A stretch of 64,000 nucleotides of DNA from Spirochaetia bacterium. Its GTDB lineage: Bacteria > Spirochaetota > Spirochaetia > DSM-16054 > Sediminispirochaetaceae. This document shows positions 10,483 through 20,958 of the stretch, one piece after another (the first letter of the stretch is position 1; each line of letters begins with the position of its first letter). Under the pieces are notes generated by a model. That model was not told where the DNA came from and made no database searches. It was given only the letters and a program-made list of their open reading frames with translations. The stretch lies in the NCBI GenBank assembly GCA_034520965.1, contig JAXHMY010000001.1, forward strand, positions 960,001 to 1,024,000, read 5' to 3'. Made by a program: the position numbers and the translations under genes.

Positions 10483-11779
10483 ATGGAAAACGAGCGGACG
10501 GTGAAGATAGGTATTATCGGAGCAGGGGAACGCGGGGTATATACTTTGGGGGCCCGGATGGCCGAACGGGTGCATCATGAGGCCTTTGTAGTTACAGCAC
10601 TGGCCGACATTAACCCGCAGCGCCTGCAGGAGGGAAAGCAGTTCCTTGAACAGAAATACCACGAATCCGGCTTGAGTGTGGACATCAAAACCTATGACGA
10701 TTTCAACCAGCTGATTAAAGATCGAGACGTGGAGCTAATCATGATCACCTCCTACACCTCGAAGCATATCGAGTCTGCCCTTCCGGCACTTCGTTCGAAA
10801 AAACGGGTGTATCTCGATAAACCTATTGCAACCCGCATAGAAGATTCCTATAGAATTATTCAGGTAGAAACAGAGCAGCAGAATCCGCTTATCATGGGTT
10901 TTACCCGTCGCTATGAGACTGCCTGGCGTAGGGCATACGAACTCGTGCAGTCCGGCAGCATCGGCGAGCTTCAAATGATACTGCTCAGATCAGTTATTCC
11001 TTATTCACGGTATCTGCAGCGATGGCATCGAAATCGAGAACTGTCCGGGGGAGCACTAAACGACAAGGCTTCCCACCACTTCGACGTCTTTAATTGGTTT
11101 TCCCATGGTCATCCAGAGCTAATACAGGCAATAGGCGGACGTTCGTCAGTATTCAAACCCGACCCGAACGCTCCTAAACGCTGCCGTGAATGCAATCGTG
11201 ACTGTCCGTACAGAGTACTTCCGAGCAACATGGTAAAAGAACGGGGTGTATTTTATACCCTAGAAAAAGAGTATGACGCCAATGAAGCCGCGTTGTTCAA
11301 CCAGCCTTCATGGCACGATGCTCCTATTTACGAAGAGCGAGTGGATAACTGCGTGTACGATCCGGAATCCGATATCTTCGACCATGCGCTTGTCAATGTC
11401 TCTTATGATAATGGAATTAAGGCCGCCCTGATTCTTATCGATCTTCGGCCCTGTAGCCGAAGACCAGGAGACACTGGAACTGGTAGGTTCCTCCGGCCGC
11501 ATCAAACTGGTCCGAAATACCGGACTAATCGATCTGGTAAATGAATATGGAGCCCGCCACAAACTGATCGATGCGTCCGATAAAAACCTGGACAGCTCTC
11601 ACAATGGGGCGGATATCGGGCTCCTGAAAGATATCCGCGGCTTCTGCCTGGGTCATAAACCGATAGCCCAATCGACTGACGGGCACCTTTCTCTACGAAT
11701 GGTCCATGCCGTAGAGAGGGCGATTCAATCCGGTGGTACTACCGTCAAAATGAGCGAGGTTCCCTTTGGAGACGTATAA
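10483..11779 (+). CDS. Gfo/Idh/MocA family oxidoreductase (frameshift near 11440)
   Basis: 'IGIIGAGERG', 'YLDKPIA', 'GFTRRY', 'GGALNDKASHHFD'. C-terminus continues in another frame to TAA 11779. Confidence 0.87.
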
Positions 11780-13288
11780 AAACACGCATGTCTACTACGC
11801 CGACCTGCACAACCACTGCAATATTTCCTATGGCCACGGTTCGCTGCACGACGCCCTGCGCAACGGGCGTCAGCGCCTCGATATATGTTCGGTCACTGGG
11901 CACGCCCACTGGCCGGATATGCCAAGCCGGGACGGAAAGATCGATCATATTATCGATTTTCACGAAAAGGGCTTCAGCAAGCTCAAAACAGGCTGGCCCG
12001 AGGTGCTGCGTATCATGCAGGAACATAACTCCGCCGCCGAATATCTTGTATATCCGGGCTTCGAGATTCATTCGATGGATGCAGGAGATTACACCTTATT
12101 ATCAAAAAATTTCAATGCGAACATCATATACCCCGATTCAATCGACCAGTTACGGGACCTGCTTATACATCAACCGGAGCTTCGCAGCCGTTATCTCCCT
12201 TTTCCCCACCACATTGGATATACCCAGGGCCGTCGCGGCATCAACTGGGATAAATTCTGCAGCGAGGTTTTTCCCTTAGTGGAAATTTACTCTATGCACG
12301 GATGTGCCGAAACCGACGAGAACGACCACCCCTTCCTGCATACAATGGGGCCGGGTTCCGGGGCCGGCACTATGCGCTACGGGCTGGGCCCGGGGGAGGC
12401 CTGGTTCGGCGTGCTGGGTAATACCGACCATCACAGCGCTCATCCCGGCAGCTACGGCCACGGCTTCAGCGGAATATGGGCGGAGAGCCTCGACCGCGAT
12501 GCAGTGTGGGACGCCCTGTGGCAGAGGCGAACCTTCGCCCTGACCGCCGATAAGATGAAGCTAAAATTTGCGGTAAATGAAACTGCTATGGGCTCTCAAG
12601 CTTCACTCCGGGATAAGCAGCGCATCGAATTTGAGCTACAGGCCGGGGGAGTGCTGGACTATGTGGACATCATTAAAAACGGGGCTCTTTTCTCTCGGTT
12701 TTCACAACTTGACTTCGCCCCGTCAGAACGGACCCAACAAACCGTTCACACCCTGCTCTACCTGGAGCTTGGCTGGGGCGAGCGGAACAAAGCCTTTGCA
12801 TGGGATGTGCAATTCGGCATTGATAAGGGCAGCATACAATCGGTAGATGCACGCTTTCGCGGCGGCGAAGTAGTTTCGCCCCTGGATAGCCCCGGGGGCA
12901 GCGAGGGCGATTTTAACTCTTCCTGGACACGGGAGGGGAGACACGCGTGAACTTTTCTACAACAACCTACGGCAATCCTACCAACAGCACCTCAGCAACC
13001 CAGGGAATATCACTGGAGGTTGAGGCTGATCCTAAAGCCCGTGTCATGCTTCGTATAAACGGGCGGGAACACCACATTACACTGCAGCAACTTCTTCAGC
13101 GAGCCTTTATAGGCTATACCGGCGGATTCGATTCACCAGCATTTAAACTGCACCACGCTCCCCAGGAAGAAGAATTTATGTGGAGTGCTTCTATAGATGA
13201 TCCGGATCAGAGTCCCGCATATTACTACCTGCGCGGACGTCAGCAGAATGGCTCGTGGGTGTGGAGTTCACCTGTCCAGACTAAATAG
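11766..13288 (+). CDS. PHP-fold metal-dependent hydrolase (DUF3604-like); frameshift near 12947
   Basis: 'YYADLHNHCNISYG', 'FPHH', 'VEIYSMHG', 'GNTDHHSAHPG', 'VWDALWQRRTFA', C-terminal 'YYYLRGRQQNGSWVWSSPV'. Confidence 0.75.
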
Positions 13289-13302
13289 CGAGGGCCCCCC
13301 GC

Positions 13303-14651
13303 TTATGCGAACTCCCCAGAGTCGGGGCTGTAACTCGAAGAGGAGTTGAGACGCACCCCGGCCGGTGCATCAATGGGCCCTCCCAGCAAAGGATCTTTTG
13401 TTGTCTCCATCCACTCATCCAGAGCAGTCTTAAGCTCCTGGTACACGGAACTGTACCGTGGATCATTAAGACGATTGCAGCGTTCCAGCGGATCCAATAC
13501 AAGATCGAACAGCTCCTCGCGGCTCACCTTTTCGGAAAAATAACCGTTTTTGTGAAATAGGTCTTTTACAGCCGAATCGTCTACGTTCACGGGTAATCTG
13601 AATTCACTATCCGTATAATGACGGATCAGTTTGTAGCGACGGCTACGTACCGCCCGCGCCGGTTCACTGGCGGCGTGAAAAGTTGTTTCAGTGTAAAGAT
13701 GTGAATGCAGTTCCCCCTGCTCGCCGCGCAGCAGCGGCAGAAGCGACAGCCCCTGCATTTTATGGGGAAGGGGGGTACCGATCAGCTCGCAAATGGTAGG
13801 AAAGATATCAATCTGGCTGACCAATGCATCGCAGGTCAGAAAACCCTCCGCTGCTGTTCCACCATCCGCCGGTAACCGTATCATCAGGGCTACTCCGGTG
13901 CCGCCGTCGTGGAGAGTTGCTTTCATCCCGGGAAAGGCCGGACCGTGGTCGGTGGTAAACAGCACCAGAGTATCCTTATCATGTCCCGAAGCCTCCAGCG
14001 CAGCAAGAACCCGGCCGACACAGCGGTCCACGGTTTCTACCGCCGCATAGAAGCCGGCGGTATCTTCGCGGGCGGCCGGAGCATCGGGTATTGGGCACGG
14101 CGGCCTGAACCGGTCTGCGGCCTCGCTCTGAGGAACAGGAAAGGGACGATGTGTATTAAGCATGCCGAAGGAGAGAAAAAAGGGGGTTTTGACGACAGCA
14201 TCGACGAGTGTACTCTTTCGATAAACTCCGCCGCCAGCCGGGCGTTCTGCAGATCATAGGCGGCCAAATTCTCTATTCCCTCATCGAAATACTCCGACGG
14301 CTGATCGAGTACACGGTCATACCCGATCAGCTCTTTGCGGGGGGCCACATGCTGCACTCCGCACAGGGCAGTACTGTATCCGGCTGCTTTGAGGTGCGAA
14401 ACGATATGCCGGCGGTACTCATGCAGTGCAAAGCCGCGGTGGGCCAAACCGAGCATTCCGTTCTCGTGAGGGTAGGTGCCGGTAAGCAGACTGGAGCGAC
14501 TCGGGGAACAGGTGGGCGCTGTGCTGTGGGCATTGCGAAACACCGTCGACTGCGTGGCCAGAGACTGCAAATTCGGAGTGTGTACCGGATACCCGTACGG
14601 CCCGATGCAGCGGCCGGTATCGTGGGTGTGAATATACACAATATTCATCAT
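13303..14651 (-). CDS. Formylglycine-dependent sulfatase (Cys type); frameshift near 14170
   Basis: 'NIVYIHTHDTG', signature 'TCSPSRSSLLTG', 'FTTDHG', 'ELFDLVLDPLE'. RBS AGGAG. Confidence 0.92.
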
Positions 14652-14751
14652 TTTCAATCTCCTAATACAAAGGTTTGCATAATACCGGTTTGCTTGCAAG
14701 TATTTTCATAATTATGAGTCAATTATACCCATAATTGATTAAATTTTTCAT

Positions 14752-14804
14752 TTGACAGATGCTTTTATGGGATTTATAGTGTAATTGTATTGCAAACGAT
14801 TGCA
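14752..14804 (+). promoter_or_regulatory. Sigma-70 promoter and LacI-type operator of the lacI-family gene
   Basis: TTGACA-N17-TATAGT, then palindrome TGCAAACGATTGCA (14791-14804). A similar site, TACAAAGGTTTGCA, at 14666-14679 lies before the divergent sulfatase. Confidence 0.75.
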
Positions 14805-14805
14805 T

Positions 14806-15843
14806 ATGAAAAGAAATATAACTATAAAAGACATTGCAGAACTTGCCAACGTAAGCCCGTCTACCGTCTCCCGCGGCCTGAATGACAGCCCGCTGGTAGC
14901 GGAAGAAACACGGGCCCGCATCCAAAAACTCGCTCTGGAACACGGCTTCAGCTTCAATACCAGCGCTCGCAGTCTCATAACCCGGAAAACGGGCATAATC
15001 GGGTTGATCTACCCCGAACACTTCAACGAGTACCAACACTCCTTTTACCTGACCCTGTTGATGAACAAGATCAGGGATGAGCTCGAGGAGCACGAATACG
15101 ATCTGGTAGTGAAGTTCCGTACCAACAAAACCGGCACAGTAAATCATATCCGCCAGCTGGTAAACGGTAAAAAGGTCGACGGCTTGATTTTAGTGCATTC
15201 AAAAATTGAGCAGACGGACCTCGATTTTCTGCACGAGAACGGGGTTCCCTTCGTGCTCCTGCAGGCTCGCCAACATTATGTCAATATCAACCGCGAGAAC
15301 TGGGTTTTTGTAGACCATAAGAAGGGCGGTTACATTGCCACCAACCACCTGATCGGACTCGGCCACAGCTCGATTCTTTGCCTCATGCTCGACAGTCCGC
15401 AGTATCAGTTTGCAGAACGGACCGAAGGCTACAATCAGGCGCTGCGCGACAACAATATCGAACCAGATGAAGAAAAAATCGTTATCTGCGACGGAACCTT
15501 TGAGTGCAGTTACAACCTGGTAATGCAGCAGCAGGAGCTGATTTCACGTGTGAGCGCAATATTCGCACAGACCGATATCATGGCATTAGGGGCGATCGAA
15601 GCTCTGCAGGGATTAGGATTGTCGGTCCCGGAGGACATCGCGGTGGTTTCCTATGACGACATCGAATTCGGAAAACATTTCCGACCAAAACTGAGCACTA
15701 TCCACCAGCCCCGCGACCAGCTTGCAGTTTTGGGCTGCGAGCGGCTGCTCGGGATGCTCAGCAGCGACAGCACCATTCCGCCGATGCAGCGGCTGATAGA
15801 GCCGTATTTAATAGTCCGTGAATCATGCGGTGCCGAAAGGTAA
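14806..15843 (+). CDS. LacI family transcriptional regulator
   Basis: 'ITIKDIAELANVSPSTVSRGLN', 'PEDIAVVSYDD', 'LSTIHQP', 'LIVRESC'. Confidence 0.96.
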   Translation: MKRNITIKDIAELANVSPSTVSRGLNDSPLVAEETRARIQKLALEHGFSFNTSARSLITRKTGIIGLIYPEHFNEYQHSFYLTLLMNKIRDELEEHEYDLVVKFRTNKTGTVNHIRQLVNGKKVDGLILVHSKIEQTDLDFLHENGVPFVLLQARQHYVNINRENWVFVDHKKGGYIATNHLIGLGHSSILCLMLDSPQYQFAERTEGYNQALRDNNIEPDEEKIVICDGTFECSYNLVMQQQELISRVSAIFAQTDIMALGAIEALQGLGLSVPEDIAVVSYDDIEFGKHFRPKLSTIHQPRDQLAVLGCERLLGMLSSDSTIPPMQRLIEPYLIVRESCGAER

Positions 15844-15883
15844 CCGAATGAATATTTTCAAATTTTCAAAGGAGGACATGGGT

Positions 15884-17170
15884 ATGAATAAGAGATTATT
15901 AACTACATTCGTACTGCTACTAGTTGCAGCCGGCCTGCTCTTCGCCGGAGGGCAGCAGGAGAGCGGCGCACAGCAAAAGGAGGCTCCGGCTGAAGTCGAA
16001 GCCGAAGAAGTTGAACTGCACTTTTTTCAGTTCAAACCGTATCTGGATGAAGAGTACAAGAAGTTCGCCGACGATTTCGAACAGCAAAACCCGAACGTAA
16101 CAGTAACCACTGAAACCATTGGAGGAGGCACCCAGTGGCAAACCATCCTCAAGAGCAAATTTGCCGCGGGCGAAGGTCCCGATATTTTCCCGGTTGAAGG
16201 GCCCAGTCAATACGAACTGTGGAGTGATTATATTGCCGACCTCTCCGGTGAACCGTGGGTCGACAATGCGGTACCCTTTGCGCTGGAAGTGCTGAATATT
16301 GACGGCAAGCAAATGGGAATGCCTGTTAACCTGGAGGGCTACGGGTACATCTACAACAAGGAAATCTTCAAAGAAGCAGGCGTCACCAAAACCCCGTCCA
16401 CAGTCTCCGAACTGGAAGCAGCTGCGAAAAAAATTAAAGACGCCGGCTACACTCCCTTTGCTACCGGCTACAGCACCTGGTGGGTTATCGGTCTGCACCT
16501 GTACAATGTTGCCTTTGCCCAGCAGGACGACCCGCAGGCTTTTATCGACAAGCTGAATGCAGGCGAAGTAAAAATGGCGGACAATACACTGTTTCAGGAC
16601 CTGCAGAACATTGTAGACCTGACCGTAGAATACGGAGAAAAGAATCCGCTTACCACTGACCACAACAAACAGGTCCAAATGTTCGCAAACGGGACCGCCG
16701 CAATGATCCAGCAGGGTGTATGGAAGGAAGTTCCTATTTTCGAGGCAAATCCCAATGCCAATGTAGGTCTACTACCAATACCACTCAACGACAACGCAAA
16801 GATGGACCGAGTTGCAGTCGGCGTACCCTTTAACTTTGTGGTAAACAAAACATCACCGGAACCGGTCCAGAAAGCGGCCAAGGATTTTCTCAACTATCTG
16901 GTCAACAGCAAAACCGGTCAGAAGTACATGACGGAAAACTTTGGATTCATTCCTGCCTACAAAGAAGTTGATCCCCAGGGCTTGAAGGGTGTTGGAAAGG
17001 ACATCCTTGAGTATGCCGGCCAGGACAAGACAATACCGTGGGTATTCGGACAATTTCCCGACGGCTTTGCCAACGAAGTATCCAACAATATTCAGGCTTA
17101 CGTTGCAGACCGCCAGGATTGGGACAAAACCCTCTCGCGACTCGATGCAGCCTGGCAGAAACTAAAATAA
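15884..17170 (+). CDS. ABC transporter oligosaccharide-binding protein (MsmE-like)
   Basis: Signal plus 'FAGGQQES', 'GEGPDIF', 'MPVNLEGYGYIYNK', 'AAMIQQGVW'. RBS GGAGG. Confidence 0.9.
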   Translation: MNKRLLTTFVLLLVAAGLLFAGGQQESGAQQKEAPAEVEAEEVELHFFQFKPYLDEEYKKFADDFEQQNPNVTVTTETIGGGTQWQTILKSKFAAGEGPDIFPVEGPSQYELWSDYIADLSGEPWVDNAVPFALEVLNIDGKQMGMPVNLEGYGYIYNKEIFKEAGVTKTPSTVSELEAAAKKIKDAGYTPFATGYSTWWVIGLHLYNVAFAQQDDPQAFIDKLNAGEVKMADNTLFQDLQNIVDLTVEYGEKNPLTTDHNKQVQMFANGTAAMIQQGVWKEVPIFEANPNANVGLLPIPLNDNAKMDRVAVGVPFNFVVNKTSPEPVQKAAKDFLNYLVNSKTGQKYMTENFGFIPAYKEVDPQGLKGVGKDILEYAGQDKTIPWVFGQFPDGFANEVSNNIQAYVADRQDWDKTLSRLDAAWQKLK

Positions 17171-17241
17171 ACTACTATCATTTGGATTATCCGCGGGGCC
17201 TGGCTTGATACAGGCCCCGCTCTGCATTGAGGGAAGGAGAT

Positions 17242-18123
17242 ATGAACAATAGACGTATGAGGGATATCCGCGAGGATATCTTCTTTATCGGCCCGGGTTT
17301 CATCATTTTTGCACTGATTGTGCTGTTCTCATTCGTACTCGGTATTTACTACTCCTTTACCGAATGGAACGGCGTCAACAAAGAAGCCCTATGGGTAGGG
17401 CTCGACAATTATCTGCAGGTATTCAAAGGGGATGAACAGGCCGGTGTTTCGGCGGTGTTCACCCTTAAATTCACCCTTGCATCGGTAATTACGGCAAACC
17501 TGCTGGCCTTCGGCCTGGCCCTGGCCCTCACTCTTCCGCTGAAAAACGCGAAGCTGATGCGCACTATCATATTCCTGCCGAACGTCATCGGCGGTATCAT
17601 TCTAGGTTTCGTGTGGCGCTTTATCTTTACCAACAGTTTTGTCAGCATCGGCGAGCTTACGGGAAGCTGGTTTTTTGAGCTCCCCTGGCTCGGTACGCCA
17701 ATGACGGGATTCTGGGCTTCTGTGATTGTATTTGTGTGGCAGCGGACCGGATATTTGATGATGATCTATGTAGCGGCCATCGTCAGCATCGACGATACGC
17801 TCTTAGAGGCGGCCTACATAGACGGGGCTTCACAACTGCACATGCTCACAAAAATTATTATTCCCCTGACCGTACAGGCCATTACCGTCTGCGTATTCCT
17901 GGCCCTCTCATGGACGACCAAGATGTTCGATGTTATTTTTGCTCTGACCAATGGCGGGCCCTTCGGTTCTACCGAGACCTTTGCAATGAACATCTACTAC
18001 GAGGCCTTTCAGTATAATAACTACGGCCTTGGGTCAGCGAAGGCAATCCTGTTTTTTATTATTGTAGGATTCATTTCCACTGCCCAGGTGCTAACTACCA
18101 AGAAGTGGGAGGTAGAAGCATGA
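17242..18123 (+). CDS. Carbohydrate ABC transporter permease
   Basis: 'YSFTEWNG', 'LEAAYIDGAS', 'LTNGGPFGSTET'. Confidence 0.94.
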   Translation: MNNRRMRDIREDIFFIGPGFIIFALIVLFSFVLGIYYSFTEWNGVNKEALWVGLDNYLQVFKGDEQAGVSAVFTLKFTLASVITANLLAFGLALALTLPLKNAKLMRTIIFLPNVIGGIILGFVWRFIFTNSFVSIGELTGSWFFELPWLGTPMTGFWASVIVFVWQRTGYLMMIYVAAIVSIDDTLLEAAYIDGASQLHMLTKIIIPLTVQAITVCVFLALSWTTKMFDVIFALTNGGPFGSTETFAMNIYYEAFQYNNYGLGSAKAILFFIIVGFISTAQVLTTKKWEVEA

Positions 18124-18953
18124 TAACCAATAAATATTTTCCCCGCCTGTTTTTTATAGAGATGGCGGTGGTGGTAATAGCACTTATCTATTTATCGCCC
18201 TTCTACTTTGTAGTGGTAAATTCGCTGAAACCCTTCGGAGAGATAATCGAGAATGCGGCTTCCCTGCCCAGTACGATTAGGTGGGATAACTATGTGAAGG
18301 CCTGGAACACGGTCTCTTTTCCACAGGTATTCCTCAACTCACTGCTGGTGACATCCTTCAGTATTGCCGGAATGGTGCTGATGGGGGCCATGGCCGCCTG
18401 GCGGATGGTCCGCCGGCCCCATAAAATCAGCGGAATTATCTTTGTGCTGTTCGTAGCGGCTATGGTGATACCCTTTCAGTCGGTCATGATACCGATGGTA
18501 AAGGTGGCAAAGTTGTTCGGACTGCTGAACAGCATTCCCGGTATAGTAATTATCTACTTCGGATTCGGCATGCCCCTGACGGTGTTTCTGCTGCACGGCT
18601 TTGTAAAGAGTATTCCCAAAGAGCTGGAAGAGTCGGCCTACATCGACGGTTGCTCAACCTTTCAAAGCTTCTTCCAGATCGTCTTTCCGCTGATGCGGAC
18701 CATGGTGGTCACTGTCATCATTCTGCAGACCCTATGGATCTGGAACGACTTCCTGCTGCCCTTGCTGGTCTTGTTCAAAGAAAGCATCCGCACTATTCCC
18801 CTGGGCATTTTCAGCTTCTTCGGACAGTATCTGAACCAGTGGGACTCGGCGCTGGCCACTCTAATTATGGGAATGGTTCCAATCATTATCTTTTTTCTGA
18901 TTTTACAGAACTACATTATCAGGGGAATTACCGCCGGGTCGATTAAATCATAG
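18120..18953 (+). CDS. Carbohydrate ABC transporter permease
   Basis: 'IPKELEESAYIDGCS', 'WIWNDFLLPL', ending 'ITAGSIKS'. Confidence 0.94.
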   Translation: MITNKYFPRLFFIEMAVVVIALIYLSPFYFVVVNSLKPFGEIIENAASLPSTIRWDNYVKAWNTVSFPQVFLNSLLVTSFSIAGMVLMGAMAAWRMVRRPHKISGIIFVLFVAAMVIPFQSVMIPMVKVAKLFGLLNSIPGIVIIYFGFGMPLTVFLLHGFVKSIPKELEESAYIDGCSTFQSFFQIVFPLMRTMVVTVIILQTLWIWNDFLLPLLVLFKESIRTIPLGIFSFFGQYLNQWDSALATLIMGMVPIIIFFLILQNYIIRGITAGSIKS

Positions 18954-19027
18954 TACGTGCAAGCACCCGGCGAACTGTCCATAGATCGCTCTTGGCCATG
19001 CTACTCCATGGAGTTGCGGCGGATAGC

Positions 19028-19150
19028 CTATCTTACTGGACTGAATTTACTCCACTCAATTGTAGGAATAAACTTATAGTGTTTATCATTTGCCGTTAGC
19101 AATGTTTCACCATTCTGAACAACCGTTGCAGCAATCAATCCGTCTGCAAT
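19028..19150 (-). pseudogene. C-terminal remnant of a PIN/VapC toxin
   Basis: Reads IADGLIAATVVQNGETLLTANDKHYKFIPTIEWSKFSPVR* directly after the antitoxin stop. The N-terminal part is absent. Confidence 0.8.
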
Positions 19151-19389
19151 TATCGAAACTGACGTCCTTTCCTAAAATTTCGTACCAGCTCCTCAACGGA
19201 TTGAGCATTATCATCATCCTTCCACATTCCAAATATTGAAGTTTCTTCTTCGTTATTCATTACAGGCTGGAAAGGTATGATCTTTGCAAGAGGTTTTCCC
19301 CTATACGTTACAGTAATTTCTTCTCCTACAGAAACTTGACTAATTATTTTGCCGGGGTGGATCCTTAACTCTTTCGTTGTAACTTTCAT
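19150..19389 (-). CDS. Phd/YefM family antitoxin
   Basis: 'MKVTTKELR...GEEITVTYRGKPLAKIIP...SIFGMWKD'. Confidence 0.88.
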   Translation of the reverse strand: MKVTTKELRIHPGKIISQVSVGEEITVTYRGKPLAKIIPFQPVMNNEEETSIFGMWKDDDNAQSVEELVRNFRKGRQFR

Positions 19390-19404
19390 AAAAAGACCCT
19401 CCTT

Positions 19405-19426
19405 GTGTACACTAAAAAGTGTACAC
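19405..19426. promoter_or_regulatory. Putative TA operator (two GTGTACAC palindromes)
   Basis: GTGTACAC at 19405-19412 and 19419-19426, just upstream of the antitoxin RBS. Confidence 0.6.
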
Positions 19427-19503
19427 TTAAAGCCTAAAAAAAGGCAATCGAAATACTTATCGTGCTTGTAGAGGACCTTCACGTATGCTGAAAACTGCCG
19501 GTA

Positions 19504-20287
19504 CTAAGAAGAATCGCTGGTCAAAAGTGTAACCTGCACCTTGGTGGTCTTGCCAGGCTTGACCGAAAAGGGCTGGCCTGCGGGGGCCCTTATCTGCGTA
19601 GTCAGACCGTTCCAGGACTTAACATAGTACCAGCCGGGCCCGTCATACCCAGTGGTATCAACATTAAAATCCCCCGGGGAGCTTACCCCCTCGACGTCGA
19701 ATTTCACGGTGGGCCCGTCTATGTAGAAAATATGGGAGTAATTGATATCAGCATTGCCACCCTCTTCCTCCTCCATGAGGCCGAAGAACTGTTTCACTTC
19801 ATCGATGGTATTGAAACCGCCCATATAGAGAAAGTAGTCCCTGTTCGCCGGAACGCCGGTCACCGTGAAGTCGGCCGTACCGGTATTGCTATCGGTATCG
19901 AAATCATAGTCGACCTCGATGGCGAAGTAGGGGTTGCCGCTGAACTTCATGGTACCCCCCAGGGCGACATCGAGAAGGATCTCCTCGAGCTTGTCTTCGA
20001 TCTCCCTTTTGATCGCAGGGTCCGGATCGCTGTCGAGGGCCACCGTCAGCTGGGTGACATCCTTCAGGGTCTTCAAAGCCGGAGTTGATAAGCAGCCCGG
20101 CCAGTACCACGGTATCACCTTCAGGCAGGCCTCTGCTCTCCATGGTCACATCCATACTGAATCCCTGCTCACTCTGTGAAACCGGGGAGTAGCATGAGCC
20201 GAGCACCATCATAATCACCACACCTGCGATAAGCACAGGCAGCACAGCCCGCCGGGTACGCATCCTTTTCTCTACCGTTCTATTCAT
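19504..20287 (-). CDS. Putative lipoprotein of unknown function (frameshift near 20075)
   Basis: Lipobox-like 'VLGSC' in ORF 19904-20287, continuing into ORF 19504-20118. Confidence 0.65.
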
Positions 20288-20297
20288 ATTTTCACTC

Positions 20298-20933
20298 CTA
20301 CTCTTCGAACGTAACCGTTCCGCCGACGCTGCCGTATTCGAGCACCTTGATCGAACTGGTGCCTTCGAAGGGCGTCATGAAATTATCATCCAGTATTCCG
20401 GAGCGCAGCAAACCGTCCTGCCCCATGGTTGCCTCATCCCCGGCCGATACGTTCCTGCCGATATCGAAGGGATTGCTGAACCGTACCGTTCCGTCGAAGA
20501 CCGCCAGATTGATCCCGTCGTAGATGAACGAGGTACCCCGCACCGCCGCGGTCGACTGAGCGCTGCGCAGTTTGAAGTTGTGCCTGAGCCCCTCGGTACG
20601 CTGCACATCGGCCTGGATTCTTCCCACCTTCAGGTTGATGTCGGTGGATATAAGTCCTTCTTTCTTTACCAGTTCGTCGATCCTCATTCTGGTAAGGGCG
20701 TCGACGTGGAGTACTGCCTCCTCGATCTCGATGCTCGCCCTGGAGTTGAATCCCGTTGAGATCCGTGCCCCCGTTGGTACACGGACACCGACGGCGGCTT
20801 TCTGCCAATTACTGCCGGGAAGACGGTATTCGACCTTTCCTGTGACCGCCGTGAAAACCCCCTCCGCCGCATACAGCATGGAGGAGAACAACATCATGGC
20901 CCCCAGGATGATACAGATAGTTCGTACTCGCAT
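20298..20933 (-). CDS. Secreted FecR-domain protein
   Basis: Signal peptide, 'VTGKVEY', 'ISTGFNSRASI', 'INLKVGRI', 'STAAVRGTSF', 'VFDGTVRF'. Confidence 0.82.
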   Translation of the reverse strand: MRVRTICIILGAMMLFSSMLYAAEGVFTAVTGKVEYRLPGSNWQKAAVGVRVPTGARISTGFNSRASIEIEEAVLHVDALTRMRIDELVKKEGLISTDINLKVGRIQADVQRTEGLRHNFKLRSAQSTAAVRGTSFIYDGINLAVFDGTVRFSNPFDIGRNVSAGDEATMGQDGLLRSGILDDNFMTPFEGTSSIKVLEYGSVGGTVTFEE

Positions 20934-20958
20934 ATCTCACTCCTTCCTTATAAACGAA

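Noticed and set aside
15920..16678. Long antisense ORFs here and at 39210-39908, 44148-44984, 46653-47393 and 60831-61682
   Set aside because: Shadows of well-supported genes on the opposite strand, with no motifs of their own.
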